Position numbers and translations under genes: made by a program. A stretch of 64,000 nt of DNA from positions 96,001 to 160,000 of the forward strand of contig JBBIRK010000005.1 of the NCBI GenBank assembly GCA_037441845.1. Direction: 5' to 3'. Source of the DNA: Candidatus Zixiibacteriota bacterium (GTDB lineage Bacteria > Zixibacteria > MSB-5A5 > UBA10806 > 4484-95). The notes under the pieces are model-generated. The model had not been told where the DNA came from and ran no database searches. It saw nothing but the letters and a program-made list of their open reading frames with translations. Shown piece after piece: positions 19,522-28,715 of the stretch. The stretch's first letter is position 1. Each line of letters begins with the position of its first letter.

Positions 19522-20098
19522 TTTTCGTTTTTTCCGCGTTTTTTAGAATTTCCCTCAGCCTGTTTCGCGCTCTGAAAAGACGGGACATCACGGTGCCGAC
19601 GGAACAACCCATTATTTCGGCGATTTTATCGTAGGGCAAATCGTCATAAGTCCTGAGGATTAGCGTCATCCGCTGATTCGGCGGCAACTCATCGAGAGCT
19701 TTTCTGAACAGATCGAGCTCCTCACGCCCGATAAGACGGTCGAGCTGATCGGGGCTTTCCGGTATATTTTCGAGAAAGACCCGACTCCCGGGATTATCGA
19801 GGGAAATCGAAAAACTTGCGTGTTTGATATAATTCAACACGTGATTCACCGTTATCCTGTATAGCCAAGTGTAAAAGCTCCTCCCCTGCTGGAAACTATG
19901 TAATGCCATATATGCTTTGACGAAACTTTCCTGGGCAAGTTCATCGGCAAGATCATGGCTTTTCGTCATCCGCAAAGCCACATAATACACCTTTTGCTGA
20001 TATTTGAGCACGAGCTTCTCGAACGCCCTTATGTCGCCTGCCAAAACTCGGTCTATAACCGGCTGATCGTCATTCTCTGACATTAACGATGCGTCCAT
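19502..20098 (-). CDS. ECF RNA polymerase sigma factor (RpoE/SigW-like)
   Basis: GDIRAFEKLV.KYQ, QESFVKAY, FYTWLYRITVN, YDKIAEIMGCSVGTVMSRLFRAR. Confidence 0.96.
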   Translation of the reverse strand: MDASLMSENDDQPVIDRVLAGDIRAFEKLVLKYQQKVYYVALRMTKSHDLADELAQESFVKAYMALHSFQQGRSFYTWLYRITVNHVLNYIKHASFSISLDNPGSRVFLENIPESPDQLDRLIGREELDLFRKALDELPPNQRMTLILRTYDDLPYDKIAEIMGCSVGTVMSRLFRARNRLREILKNAEKTKNGKLQE

Positions 20099-20109
20099 AC
20101 ATTCCCTGA

Positions 20110-21120
20110 TTATTTATACACCCCAGCCTGGTTTTTATTCCCCGATTTGATAGCCTGATCCATTCGGCATAGCAGTTGTCTAAGCAAATGCCCCTTGGCG
20201 ATTTGACCCGATTTCAGGGCGATTTCGCACTCGTAAATCGCATGAAGACATTCGGTTATGCAACTCTGAGACAAAGTCGCAGCCGTTTTTTTCAATTTCT
20301 CCGCGTAACTAATATAGGAATCACCGTAACCAATCGCTCGAGCAAAAGCCATGGCCGACATGTTCGATGATTTCGCCAGATTCAATTTCAAGAAATGATC
20401 TTTCAATCGAAACAGAATCGTTCCCTCGGATTCTTTGGCAAGCAAGAGTTGATTCAATAATTTCAGGGCGCCGGCGATATCCCCGCCTGTGATTTTTACA
20501 GGTAAATCGGTTGCCGTACCGAACACGCTGCCACCGCACATCTGTGAAATCGCCTCTTTGGTGATAGGTTGCTGCGGACCGACATAGAGGGAAAGCTTTT
20601 CTATTTCTTGACGAATACGACCTGCGTCGGTGCCGATAGTCTCGACAAGATAGAGCGCGTTTTCCTGCGATATCACCGTTTTCATTTCCGCGGCCAGAGC
20701 CGTAGCCATCTCGGCGGCTTTTTGGGGCGTCAGTTCCCTGAATTCGATACAAGATTTTCTATCGACCAACAAGGTTTTGAATATCTTCTTCCTCATGTCG
20801 ATTTTTTCGCAGGTGAGCACCAGACACGAATAATCGGGAATCTGTTTGACGAACTTTTCGAGTAAATCGAGGGCTTTAGGATATAGTCTTTCGATATCCC
20901 GCAGCACCGTAACCCGCAAAACCGATCCCATCGGGGGCGAAGAGGCGCTGTTTATCAATGCCGTCATATCTATTCCGCGACCTCCGAACAAAGCATAATC
21001 GAATGGTTCAAATCCCGGAGTTATCACCGCCGAAACAAGGTCCTTGATGCGTTTCCATTTTAGAAATTCCTCGGGACCATGGAATAGATAATACCTTCTG
21101 ATTTCAGCGATCAGCGACAT
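20110..21120 (-). CDS. holA: DNA polymerase III delta subunit
   Basis: YLFHGPEEFL start, QEIEKLSLY, C-terminal LKSG; size and fold pattern fit HolA. Confidence 0.88.
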   Translation of the reverse strand: MSLIAEIRRYYLFHGPEEFLKWKRIKDLVSAVITPGFEPFDYALFGGRGIDMTALINSASSPPMGSVLRVTVLRDIERLYPKALDLLEKFVKQIPDYSCLVLTCEKIDMRKKIFKTLLVDRKSCIEFRELTPQKAAEMATALAAEMKTVISQENALYLVETIGTDAGRIRQEIEKLSLYVGPQQPITKEAISQMCGGSVFGTATDLPVKITGGDIAGALKLLNQLLLAKESEGTILFRLKDHFLKLNLAKSSNMSAMAFARAIGYGDSYISYAEKLKKTAATLSQSCITECLHAIYECEIALKSGQIAKGHLLRQLLCRMDQAIKSGNKNQAGVYK

Positions 21121-21189
21121 ACCCGATTCTCGCTTTCGATATTTTCAGCGGTATGAATATACCTTCAAGTTTCCACTATAAAATAACGA

Positions 21190-21224
21190 AGCCGGGGAAA
21201 ATCGCAAGCGGCAAATCCCCGGCT
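21190..21224 (-). terminator. Intrinsic terminator after the peptidase pair
   Basis: AGCCGGGGA...TCCCCGGCT stem followed by TCGTTATTTT on the - strand. Confidence 0.6.
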
Positions 21225-21245
21225 AAAGAAAAGCTAACCGGCATT

Positions 21246-23231
21246 TCAGCGAATTAAATTCATTTTCCGCGAGATCCGACCATTTTCCGATTGGAGGCGA
21301 TAGAAATAAACTCCGGATCCTGCGGGCGCACCTTCCCGATCGGTGCCGTCCCAGATTATCCGATGTCCACCGGCGGCTTGTCTTTCGTCTATCAGCGTCT
21401 TCACGAGGCGGCCCGATAGGTCGAAAACATCGATCCGAACGTTCCCTTCATGCCCGAGGCTGTAATCGATCACCGTCGAGGAGTTAAAAGGATTTGGATA
21501 ATTTTGACTCAAATCGAACACGTCCGGCTTTTCGGGTCGATTTTCGATATCGGTGTATTGCTCGACTTCTTTTATCAAATCGTTTTCCGGATCGAAAATC
21601 AGGTTGTTAGGGCGACGGGAGAGAAATACCGTGAAACCCTGAGATTGCAGCGAATCCCAGACGACGAACGTGGTATCCGCACCGCCGGGAAATATCGCCT
21701 TGAAAGTTATCGGCATCTTGAATATAGGGGCGTTGCTTTGCGTTTGATGTACAGTGATGCTGACCGGATATGTACCGCCAATATCCTGAGAATACCAGCT
21801 CCAAAGATATTCGGGATGACCGGGTTGATATATCCACTGGTCGAAAAACCAATCCAGATCGCCGTAATGGGCCTCGAAATGCGCTTTCAACTCCTCCGTG
21901 CTGGCATTGCCGTAAGCATATTCAACGGCGTAATTCCTGATAGCGGCGAAAAAGTTTTGATCCCCCAGCAAACGTCGCAGCATATGCAGCACGAGAGCGC
22001 CCTTTTCATATTCGCAGGCTCCGAAAAGATAACCCGCCGGCGGATCGAATATCGCATAACGGCGTTGCTGATCCTCTTGCAAATAGGAGTTCAAAAATCC
22101 GTCACGCCTTTGCTGAAACGAGGCGTAACCATAGCGATACTCCGTATAAAGCGCATCGAAATAGGTGGCGAAACTCTCGTTCAACCATATATGTCGCCAG
22201 TCGGCCATGGTCACTAAATCCCCGAACCACATATGCGCGAGTTCATGGGCATCGATCCACTCATAGCGTCGATCGCCGGTTATCAAGTTATGGCCGTAGG
22301 TGGTGCAGGTTTGGTGCTCCATAGCGCCCCAGCCGTTGAAAATCGAGGCTTGAACCACAGAGTATTTTTCGCCCAGAAAAGGGTAGGGCACGACCAGATT
22401 GGAATAAAATTGAATCATTTCGGGGGTGTTAGCAAGATCATAGGCGGCGCTCGCCGAATCCTGAGGATAAGCGTAATATTCGACAGAAACCGTATCCGAG
22501 CCGACAAATGCAGAGTCGATTATCCGAGCATAACGGGCGACAGCTATCGAGATGAGATAGGTGGTTATGGGATAGCTTTCGCGCCAGTGCCAAGTATATT
22601 TATTGTTACCTTCGTTTATTACCTCTATAAGTTTGCCGTTGGAAATAGCGGTTCTATTTCCCTCCACGGTGCAATATACATCGCAAGTGGCCTTGTCCCA
22701 AGGTTCGTCGTAGCAAGGCCACCAGTAACGGGCATCAGCCGGCTCCACCATCGAATAAGTGTGATCTTCGCCGTAGCGGGTCGAAGCGAAGTAAAGGCCG
22801 CTCGAGGGGAATCCGTGATAGTGAATATCTATCGTAAAAGTGTCGCCCTGATTCAATTGCGGAGTTAAAACCCATATTTTGCCACTGCGTCTTCTGAAAG
22901 TCGCCGGATTGCCGTCGTAGCGAACCGAATCGACCGTAAGCGAAATCAGGTGAAGATCCACGGAATCGAGGGCGCTGTTGGCGACCGCTCTCATAGCCAT
23001 ATGCGCTGTCCTGATATTATCCGCCTGCTCGTTCAAATCAATCCTCAAGGTGTAATGAAGCGCGTCATAACTGTGAACGGAATCGAAAAGAGCCAGTCCG
23101 GGATCAATGAATTTGCTCTTGGATTCTTCGGCCCGGCGCAGAAGATCATAGCTTCCCTGATATGGTGTCTGTCCGGCGGCTATTCCAGCCGATACGATTG
23201 CCGCCAGTACCGCGATTAAGAACCTTTGCAT
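21246..23231 (-). CDS. Secreted M1-family aminopeptidase with C-terminal FlgD-Ig/T9SS-like sorting domain
   Basis: Signal peptide; GAMEH, HELAH-x18-E (WLNES), YEKG; QNYPNPFN...SGVYFYRL...RKMNLIR. Confidence 0.93.
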   Translation of the reverse strand: MQRFLIAVLAAIVSAGIAAGQTPYQGSYDLLRRAEESKSKFIDPGLALFDSVHSYDALHYTLRIDLNEQADNIRTAHMAMRAVANSALDSVDLHLISLTVDSVRYDGNPATFRRRSGKIWVLTPQLNQGDTFTIDIHYHGFPSSGLYFASTRYGEDHTYSMVEPADARYWWPCYDEPWDKATCDVYCTVEGNRTAISNGKLIEVINEGNNKYTWHWRESYPITTYLISIAVARYARIIDSAFVGSDTVSVEYYAYPQDSASAAYDLANTPEMIQFYSNLVVPYPFLGEKYSVVQASIFNGWGAMEHQTCTTYGHNLITGDRRYEWIDAHELAHMWFGDLVTMADWRHIWLNESFATYFDALYTEYRYGYASFQQRRDGFLNSYLQEDQQRRYAIFDPPAGYLFGACEYEKGALVLHMLRRLLGDQNFFAAIRNYAVEYAYGNASTEELKAHFEAHYGDLDWFFDQWIYQPGHPEYLWSWYSQDIGGTYPVSITVHQTQSNAPIFKMPITFKAIFPGGADTTFVVWDSLQSQGFTVFLSRRPNNLIFDPENDLIKEVEQYTDIENRPEKPDVFDLSQNYPNPFNSSTVIDYSLGHEGNVRIDVFDLSGRLVKTLIDERQAAGGHRIIWDGTDREGAPAGSGVYFYRLQSENGRISRKMNLIR

Positions 23232-23256
23232 GCTGTAATCAACTCCATCCTGTAAT

Positions 23257-25524
23257 TTAACGGATAAGGGTCATTCGCTTTGCGAACGACTTTTCCGGAG
23301 TTTCTATTTTTACGAAATAAATCCCCGAAGCGACATCGATACCGGCATCGTTGCGAGCATCCCAGATAATCTTATGCACGCCTGAGTTATACTGATTTTC
23401 CCCGAACGATCTGACCAGTCTTCCGGCAAGATCATAAACTTCCAACTTTATCGTTGTCCACGCGGGGGTGGCGAATGTGATAGTAGTGCTCGAATTAAAT
23501 GGATTGGGGTAATTACGGGCCGATTCGAAAGCGTCGGGCGCTTGTATGTCGTCGTCAACAGAAACTTGGAGATCGACTAACACACGTTCCATGCCGGAAT
23601 ATATAGACCACTGGTTCTCGGCGTCGCGGGCCCTTGCGGTATAATAATAAATGCCGCTTTGCCTTCCTTGTATCAAATACAGCGTGTCGGTAATATTCGA
23701 GGAAAGCACGACTTCATTGGTGAATCGGGCAATCGGCTGGATATCGTCGAAATAGATACCGCCGCTGTGAACGCTGCCGTCGGTTTCATAGGAATATCGT
23801 ATCATTACGCTCATACCTGCATATTGGTTGAGCGGGAACGTGGCCCGCCTCCATGAGGATTGGCTGCCGGTGATGCCGTTTCCCCGGTTGTTGTTGTGAG
23901 GATTGTTGTTGGTCGTGATATTACCCGGGATAGTGAAAAAAGTATTTCCGTTATCGGTGGAAAGCTCGACGTATGCATAATCCCAGCCATCCTCGATATT
24001 GTAGCTGGTGTAAAACGAAAGCGTCTCCGCCGGCTGAACGAACAGACTTGAAAGCAAATAGGCTCTCGCCCGGTAATTATTCTCGTCTCCCGAATACAGG
24101 CTGTGCGACGGCGATCGATAGCGTGTGGATGAAATGGAGAAATTTTCCATCCGCCAATTTACGCCATCGTTTTCAAGACTATCGATCGTTCGTTGATATC
24201 CCGACTTTTCCACGAGCTCATAGGCGACGGCCGGATTGGCGGAATCGACATGTGTCCAGGTCACCGTAAAGGTATCGGTATAGACGGTATCTCTTGCGTG
24301 TAAGACCGGGGCTTTCGGAGGAGCGATCGAACGCGGATTCGCCGCCAGTTGGGTGAGGAAAATAGCAGCCGGCAATAGCTGCGCATTGAGTTCCGGTATC
24401 CGCGAGGGCGTCGGCCAGAAACCATCGAACTGGCTTCCGGTTTCCGTGGCCACGGCGAAAATCAACGGTTTTTCGGTCTGTTCGCCGTATTGCCAATCGT
24501 TAGCCTCGCCGTTGGTATTATAGAGCAACTGCCAGGGCGTTCCGGAGGTATAATCGGGCAAAATGGCCCTTATCGAATCGGCCATGGCTTCAAAAATATC
24601 GTTATCCGGAGTCAGCGAATCGGCGAATCCCCAAGGATACAGGAAATAATCACCATAAGTGTGGGCGTTGAGAATTATCGAAAAATCGCGGGAATTGATA
24701 TATTGTCTTAGACATTGGGTTTCCGGTTCCGAAAATGCCGACGGTCCCCGATAAGTTTCTGAACTTGGTTCCGGCGATGATCCCACGTTGTCGTAACCCC
24801 ATCTATAACCCCAATTCCGATTGAGATCGACCGCCCCGGGAGAGCTTCGTCTGTTTTTCCGCCACAGTCCGCCGCCGTTCGGATTGGTCTGGCGATTGTA
24901 TTCGTAACCATCGGGATTAACCACGGGCATGAAATAAATCTCACGGCTGTTCACCAGTTCGGTCGCCACCGGGTCGGTGCCGTAGTTTTGACACAGCCAG
25001 CGGGCATAGTTGATTTGCCATTGCATACCTTGTGGCTCTCTGGCGTGTATCAAAGCGTTGAAAAATATCTCCGGCTCGGGCTCGTCGATATCGACGTTAT
25101 CGGATATCTTGAACACCCACTGGGCTCTTCCCTGCCATGTATATCCGACCGAATCGCGCGCGGAGACGATCGCCGGATACATCTGTCTCAGCGAATCCAT
25201 AAAGGCAAGAACTTCCGGAAAGGTGTGATAACCACCCATCGTGGTTCCGACCGGATAGCGGCTTTGATAAAAAGCGGATAGGTCCTGATGGATCACGCGA
25301 TGCTTCAAACCTGACCGCTCTATCGCCGGAAGATCCTCGGGAAAAGCGACGACTTCGGCTCCTTCCGCGTCGATAAAGGGGATATCGAGTCCCAGAGTCA
25401 TCAATCTCGCGGCATCTTCGCGGCCTGACAACAATACTTTCACCAGCATCGGATTCTCCGATAATTCCATCGAGAAACCGAATGAAGCCAGCAGCATCAA
25501 TATCATCATGGTCTTGATCAACAT
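23257..25524 (-). CDS. Secreted M14 zinc carboxypeptidase (carboxypeptidase T-like) with accessory beta domain and C-terminal sorting domain
   Basis: HARE, NPDG, WRKNR, DLNRN, AFSEPET, HTY; IEDGWDYAYVE domain; NYPNPFN...SGIYF...KRMTLIR. Confidence 0.93.
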   Translation of the reverse strand: MLIKTMMILMLLASFGFSMELSENPMLVKVLLSGREDAARLMTLGLDIPFIDAEGAEVVAFPEDLPAIERSGLKHRVIHQDLSAFYQSRYPVGTTMGGYHTFPEVLAFMDSLRQMYPAIVSARDSVGYTWQGRAQWVFKISDNVDIDEPEPEIFFNALIHAREPQGMQWQINYARWLCQNYGTDPVATELVNSREIYFMPVVNPDGYEYNRQTNPNGGGLWRKNRRSSPGAVDLNRNWGYRWGYDNVGSSPEPSSETYRGPSAFSEPETQCLRQYINSRDFSIILNAHTYGDYFLYPWGFADSLTPDNDIFEAMADSIRAILPDYTSGTPWQLLYNTNGEANDWQYGEQTEKPLIFAVATETGSQFDGFWPTPSRIPELNAQLLPAAIFLTQLAANPRSIAPPKAPVLHARDTVYTDTFTVTWTHVDSANPAVAYELVEKSGYQRTIDSLENDGVNWRMENFSISSTRYRSPSHSLYSGDENNYRARAYLLSSLFVQPAETLSFYTSYNIEDGWDYAYVELSTDNGNTFFTIPGNITTNNNPHNNNRGNGITGSQSSWRRATFPLNQYAGMSVMIRYSYETDGSVHSGGIYFDDIQPIARFTNEVVLSSNITDTLYLIQGRQSGIYYYTARARDAENQWSIYSGMERVLVDLQVSVDDDIQAPDAFESARNYPNPFNSSTTITFATPAWTTIKLEVYDLAGRLVRSFGENQYNSGVHKIIWDARNDAGIDVASGIYFVKIETPEKSFAKRMTLIR

Positions 25525-25607
25525 CGTTTCTCCTTTTGAAATATCAACAGGGAAGGCATCGTCTTAGGTTCCACTATTCTAATGCCTGAGACCTTATTAT
25601 TTCATAA

Positions 25608-25635
25608 AATATAACATTATAAGTTCAATAGTCAA
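25608..25635 (-). promoter_or_regulatory. Sigma70-type promoter for the peptidase pair
   Basis: TTGACT-N16-TATATT with extended TG, in AT-rich context. Confidence 0.6.
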
Positions 25636-25686
25636 ATTAGTCGCTTGAATTCCTGGTGGCGCGCCGAAAGGTCGGGTGAAAAATGA

Positions 25687-25709
25687 GGATCCACCGTCAA
25701 GGTCCATTA
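25687..25709 (-). repeat. Downstream arm of an imperfect inverted repeat flanking the RNase H-like ORF
   Basis: - strand TAATGGACCTTGACGGTGGATCC is complementary to the - strand of 26177-26198. Confidence 0.7.
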
Positions 25710-25718
25710 TCAATCCCA

Positions 25719-26096
25719 CTATGGGTTGAGATTATCCGGGGCAAGATTTTCCTCCGATGGTATCCAGTTTAGCGTAAAAGGTATTTTCTGCCTGTAATCT
25801 CGGGCCAGGCTGCAAAACGGCTCGAGGCGGCGGTTCGGCGCACTCTGGTCATTCACCTGACTGACCACAGCGAAATTATTGCCGAGTATCTCCACCCGCC
25901 TGTCCTTGAAAAGATGATTGTTGAGTTCTATGAATTCAAGAAGGGCAAGCAGGCTGGCATATTCGCATTCATCCTGCATCCCTTTGTATTGTCCTTTGAA
26001 TCTTATACCGAGCTCGGGAATGTAGAAACTCACGAAACCATTGAACATCGAATCCTGATCGTCTTCACGAGCGAAACCTTGAAAGTAGCATTTCAT
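25719..26096 (-). CDS. RNase HI-like (RVT_3-type) fold protein with degenerate active site
   Basis: YFQG, CEYASLLALL, ILGNN.AVVSQVN, WIPSEENLAPD match YxDG, AEYxAL, GDSxLVVxQV, WIPRExNxxAD; GGAGG RBS. Confidence 0.7.
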   Translation of the reverse strand: MKCYFQGFAREDDQDSMFNGFVSFYIPELGIRFKGQYKGMQDECEYASLLALLEFIELNNHLFKDRRVEILGNNFAVVSQVNDQSAPNRRLEPFCSLARDYRQKIPFTLNWIPSEENLAPDNLNP

Positions 26097-26136
26097 AGCG
26101 GCCTCCAGTTATTCAGCTCATCCGATCTTTCAAACA

Positions 26137-26152
26137 TGCAAAAGCCATACCT
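26137..26152 (-). promoter_or_regulatory. Candidate sigma54 -24/-12 promoter
   Basis: AGGTATG-GCTT-TTGCA: GG-N10-GC with an exact TTGCA, about 40 nt before the RNase H-like start. Confidence 0.45.
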
Positions 26153-26176
26153 CAAAACGCCGTATATAGGCCTCCT

Positions 26177-26198
26177 TAATGGGCCTTAAAGTGGATCC
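26177..26198 (-). repeat. Upstream arm of an imperfect inverted repeat flanking the RNase H-like ORF
   Basis: - strand GGATCCACTTTAAGGCCCATTA; pairs with 25687-25709. Confidence 0.7.
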
Positions 26199-26224
26199 CG
26201 CCATCTGCCCTATCACCATGACCC

Positions 26225-26253
26225 ACAATAGGATACATCATGCATCATGGCAA
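26225..26253 (-). promoter_or_regulatory. Candidate sigma70-type promoter
   Basis: TTGCCA-N17-TATTGT; predicted +1 near 26218. Confidence 0.5.
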
Positions 26254-26439
26254 ACTTATATATTCCGTGTTAATTTTAGCCGCCTGCTGCGAAGTTTTCG
26301 GATCAACCCGAATCAAAATTATGCAATAGTATTCATAGTATTGGAACGGGCTTCGGCTTCAAGGCGAATTTTCCGAGAACGGTTTCCCGGCTGCCGCATA
26401 TCAGCATCTTTCGATTTGTCAATTGACCCGATCGGTCTA

Positions 26440-27564
26440 TCAGGCGGGATACAATCGATTGAAGGCCACTTTCAGCATACGATTTGAATACCGACAGAAA
26501 GCGGATCGTCGGACTATATCGAGGACCTGGGTTCGGCTCAATTTCAAATCACCGCACTCGAGTAGGCGGCCTGGATAATCATTGAAAAGCCTCAAGGTTG
26601 CGGCGGCCAGCATGACCGGTACGATAAGGAACATTCTTAATCCGAGATGCTTTACCGGAATCAAGTGTATGTATTCTATGGCGTCTTCGAAATGCCGCCG
26701 ACACATCTCGATAACTTTTCTCACCAGGCCGGCAAGATCTCCCCCGATCGACCCCGATCCGATACCGCCGAATGTGACGCCATAGCGATCGACTATCGTC
26801 TTCGGCAAAAAACAGATTCCTCGGCTGCTGTCGATTACCGCATCTTTCAAAATGTTCACTTTTTGCAATCCCAAACCGAACGACCGCCCCAGATTATGCA
26901 ATCGCTGTCTCATTTCCTGCTTAAACCTGGCATAGTCGCAGAAAATATCGGTGAGCATATGTCCGACCGTGCCCGCTACGTAATAGCAATAACGGTCCCA
27001 GTCCTCTTCGTCTTTCAGAAAACTTATCTGAGACGGCCGGGCGGAAACCATTTGAGTATAATGCGCCATTCCCATCGCCATCTCTTGAACCCGAGGATAT
27101 ATCCGCCTTTTGAATTCCGAAGGCAGGTCATCGGCCACGATCAAGATTTTATCGAGATTTCGAACCAGTTTCAGATTCGCAGGGCTTTCCGTTCCGGCGG
27201 TGTCTGAACAAACGCCGTTGGAGCCGAACGCATTCTGCAAATCCAAAAGCAACTCCGAGTCATAGTCGCCCGATACTTTAAGTAGTCGCGAGTACTTTTC
27301 CAGATAGGCCGATCGCATTTCCGCCGGTAAAGTCGTCGAATCTTCGAAAGTATCGGCGATGCGGCAGAGAAGGTAGGCAAGCCCGACCGGCCGCCCGAGC
27401 TTTCCCGGCAGGAATTTTATGGCCAGGTCGAAGGTTCTGGAAACCTGAGGGAGGATTTCTTTTGCGAATTGGTGCGCCTCGGATAACCTTTCTGCGGAAC
27501 GCGAGTCGTTTTCAAGTGATCCGAGCTTTATTTTTTCGAGCGAATACCGATCGGGTGAATTCAT
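26440..27564 (-). CDS. Squalene/phytoene synthase family protein (squalene synthase-like)
   Basis: VSRTF, YLLCRIADTFED, YCYYVAGTVG, GLGLQKVNILKD, GICFLP. Confidence 0.9.
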   Translation of the reverse strand: MNSPDRYSLEKIKLGSLENDSRSAERLSEAHQFAKEILPQVSRTFDLAIKFLPGKLGRPVGLAYLLCRIADTFEDSTTLPAEMRSAYLEKYSRLLKVSGDYDSELLLDLQNAFGSNGVCSDTAGTESPANLKLVRNLDKILIVADDLPSEFKRRIYPRVQEMAMGMAHYTQMVSARPSQISFLKDEEDWDRYCYYVAGTVGHMLTDIFCDYARFKQEMRQRLHNLGRSFGLGLQKVNILKDAVIDSSRGICFLPKTIVDRYGVTFGGIGSGSIGGDLAGLVRKVIEMCRRHFEDAIEYIHLIPVKHLGLRMFLIVPVMLAAATLRLFNDYPGRLLECGDLKLSRTQVLDIVRRSAFCRYSNRMLKVAFNRLYPA

Positions 27565-28715
27565 ACCAGTTCGAATGGATCAGTGAGTTTTTTATATTCC
27601 TGGCCTGCGTAGCGATCAGTCATCCCGGCGATATAATCGGCCACCACCACGTGCACGTCTTCTTCCTTGGTGCGGGCTTTGAATTGAGGCGGCAGTTGAT
27701 TCGGATTGTCAACGTAAGCCTCGAATAGAGTGCTGATAATTCTTTCCGCTTTTTCGGCCATCCTCACAAGCCGGTAATGACGATACATGTTGTCGAATAG
27801 ATATTGCTTGAGCCTAGCTTCTTTGTTAAGAACACTTTCGGAACGGCAGATCAAATTTTCCGGCAGCTTCCGGATTTCCTCCGGTGATTCGGGGCGGGCG
27901 TTTTCGAGTTTCTGCCGGCTGGCCGTAACGGCATCGGTGATCATTTCGTTGACCAAAGCTCTGACCATCTGATAACGATAAAGCGAACCGGTCAAATTCC
28001 GTCGATCAGGCGCTTGCCTCTCGTGAAGCTCGCGCCATAGTTCCACATCCATAAGATCTTCCGCCGATATCAATCCCGAACTCAATCCGTCATCGACATC
28101 ATGGCAGGTATAGGCGATTTCATCGGCGAGATTGACCACCTGACATTCGAGGGTCGCCCGTTCCGAGGGAAACAATTCGCCGTAATAGTCGGGGTTGTCG
28201 AAAAGCGTCTCATGCTTAAGTATCCCCTCCCTCACTTCGAACGTCAAATTAAGTCCGGGAAAATCGGGATAGCGTTTTTCCAGAAGCTCGACCACACGCA
28301 ATCCCTGGCGATTGTGCTCGAATCCGCCGTGTAGTCGCATCAGTCGATTGAGGGTGGCCTCTCCCGAATGCCCGAACGGAGTGTGGCCGAGATCATGCGC
28401 CAACGATATGGCCTCGGCCAGGTCCTCGTTCAGACGCAACGCCCGCGCGATTCCCCTGGCGATCTGAGCCACTTCTATCGTATGCGTAAGGCGCGTTCGA
28501 TAGTGATCTCCCTCATGGTTAACGAACACCTGGGTCTTATATTCGAGACGGCGGAAAGATGTAGAATGAATTATGCGTTCCCTATCGCGTTGAAAATCGG
28601 TTCGATACGGATGTTTGGGTTCATGATATTTCCGCCCCCTGGTGCGGCTGGATTTCATGGCATAAGGAGCAAGCTGCATCTCCTCGGCTCTTTCGAATTC
28701 TTCGGTCACATTCAT
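27561..28715 (-). CDS. dgt: dGTP triphosphohydrolase (HD family)
   Basis: FQRDRERIIHS.SFRRL.YKTQV, RTRLTHTIEV, HDLGHTPFGH.GE, FEHN, DYIAGMTD. Confidence 0.96.
   Translation of the reverse strand: MNVTEEFERAEEMQLAPYAMKSSRTRGRKYHEPKHPYRTDFQRDRERIIHSTSFRRLEYKTQVFVNHEGDHYRTRLTHTIEVAQIARGIARALRLNEDLAEAISLAHDLGHTPFGHSGEATLNRLMRLHGGFEHNRQGLRVVELLEKRYPDFPGLNLTFEVREGILKHETLFDNPDYYGELFPSERATLECQVVNLADEIAYTCHDVDDGLSSGLISAEDLMDVELWRELHERQAPDRRNLTGSLYRYQMVRALVNEMITDAVTASRQKLENARPESPEEIRKLPENLICRSESVLNKEARLKQYLFDNMYRHYRLVRMAEKAERIISTLFEAYVDNPNQLPPQFKARTKEEDVHVVVADYIAGMTDRYAGQEYKKLTDPFELV

Noticed and set aside
25530..25600. Hairpin AGGCAT...ATGCCT in the peptidase leader as a riboswitch
   Set aside because: Short stem with no recognisable aptamer consensus or expression platform.
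25687..26198. Inverted repeats plus RNase H fold read as an IS/MITE remnant
   Set aside because: ORF resembles RNase HI rather than a DDE transposase, no target-site duplication seen, and arm differences are G-U biased; kept as an RNA-structure finding.
26179..26487. 102-aa + strand ORF in the intergenic region
   Set aside because: No RBS or recognisable motif; overlaps predicted promoters and the squalene synthase end.
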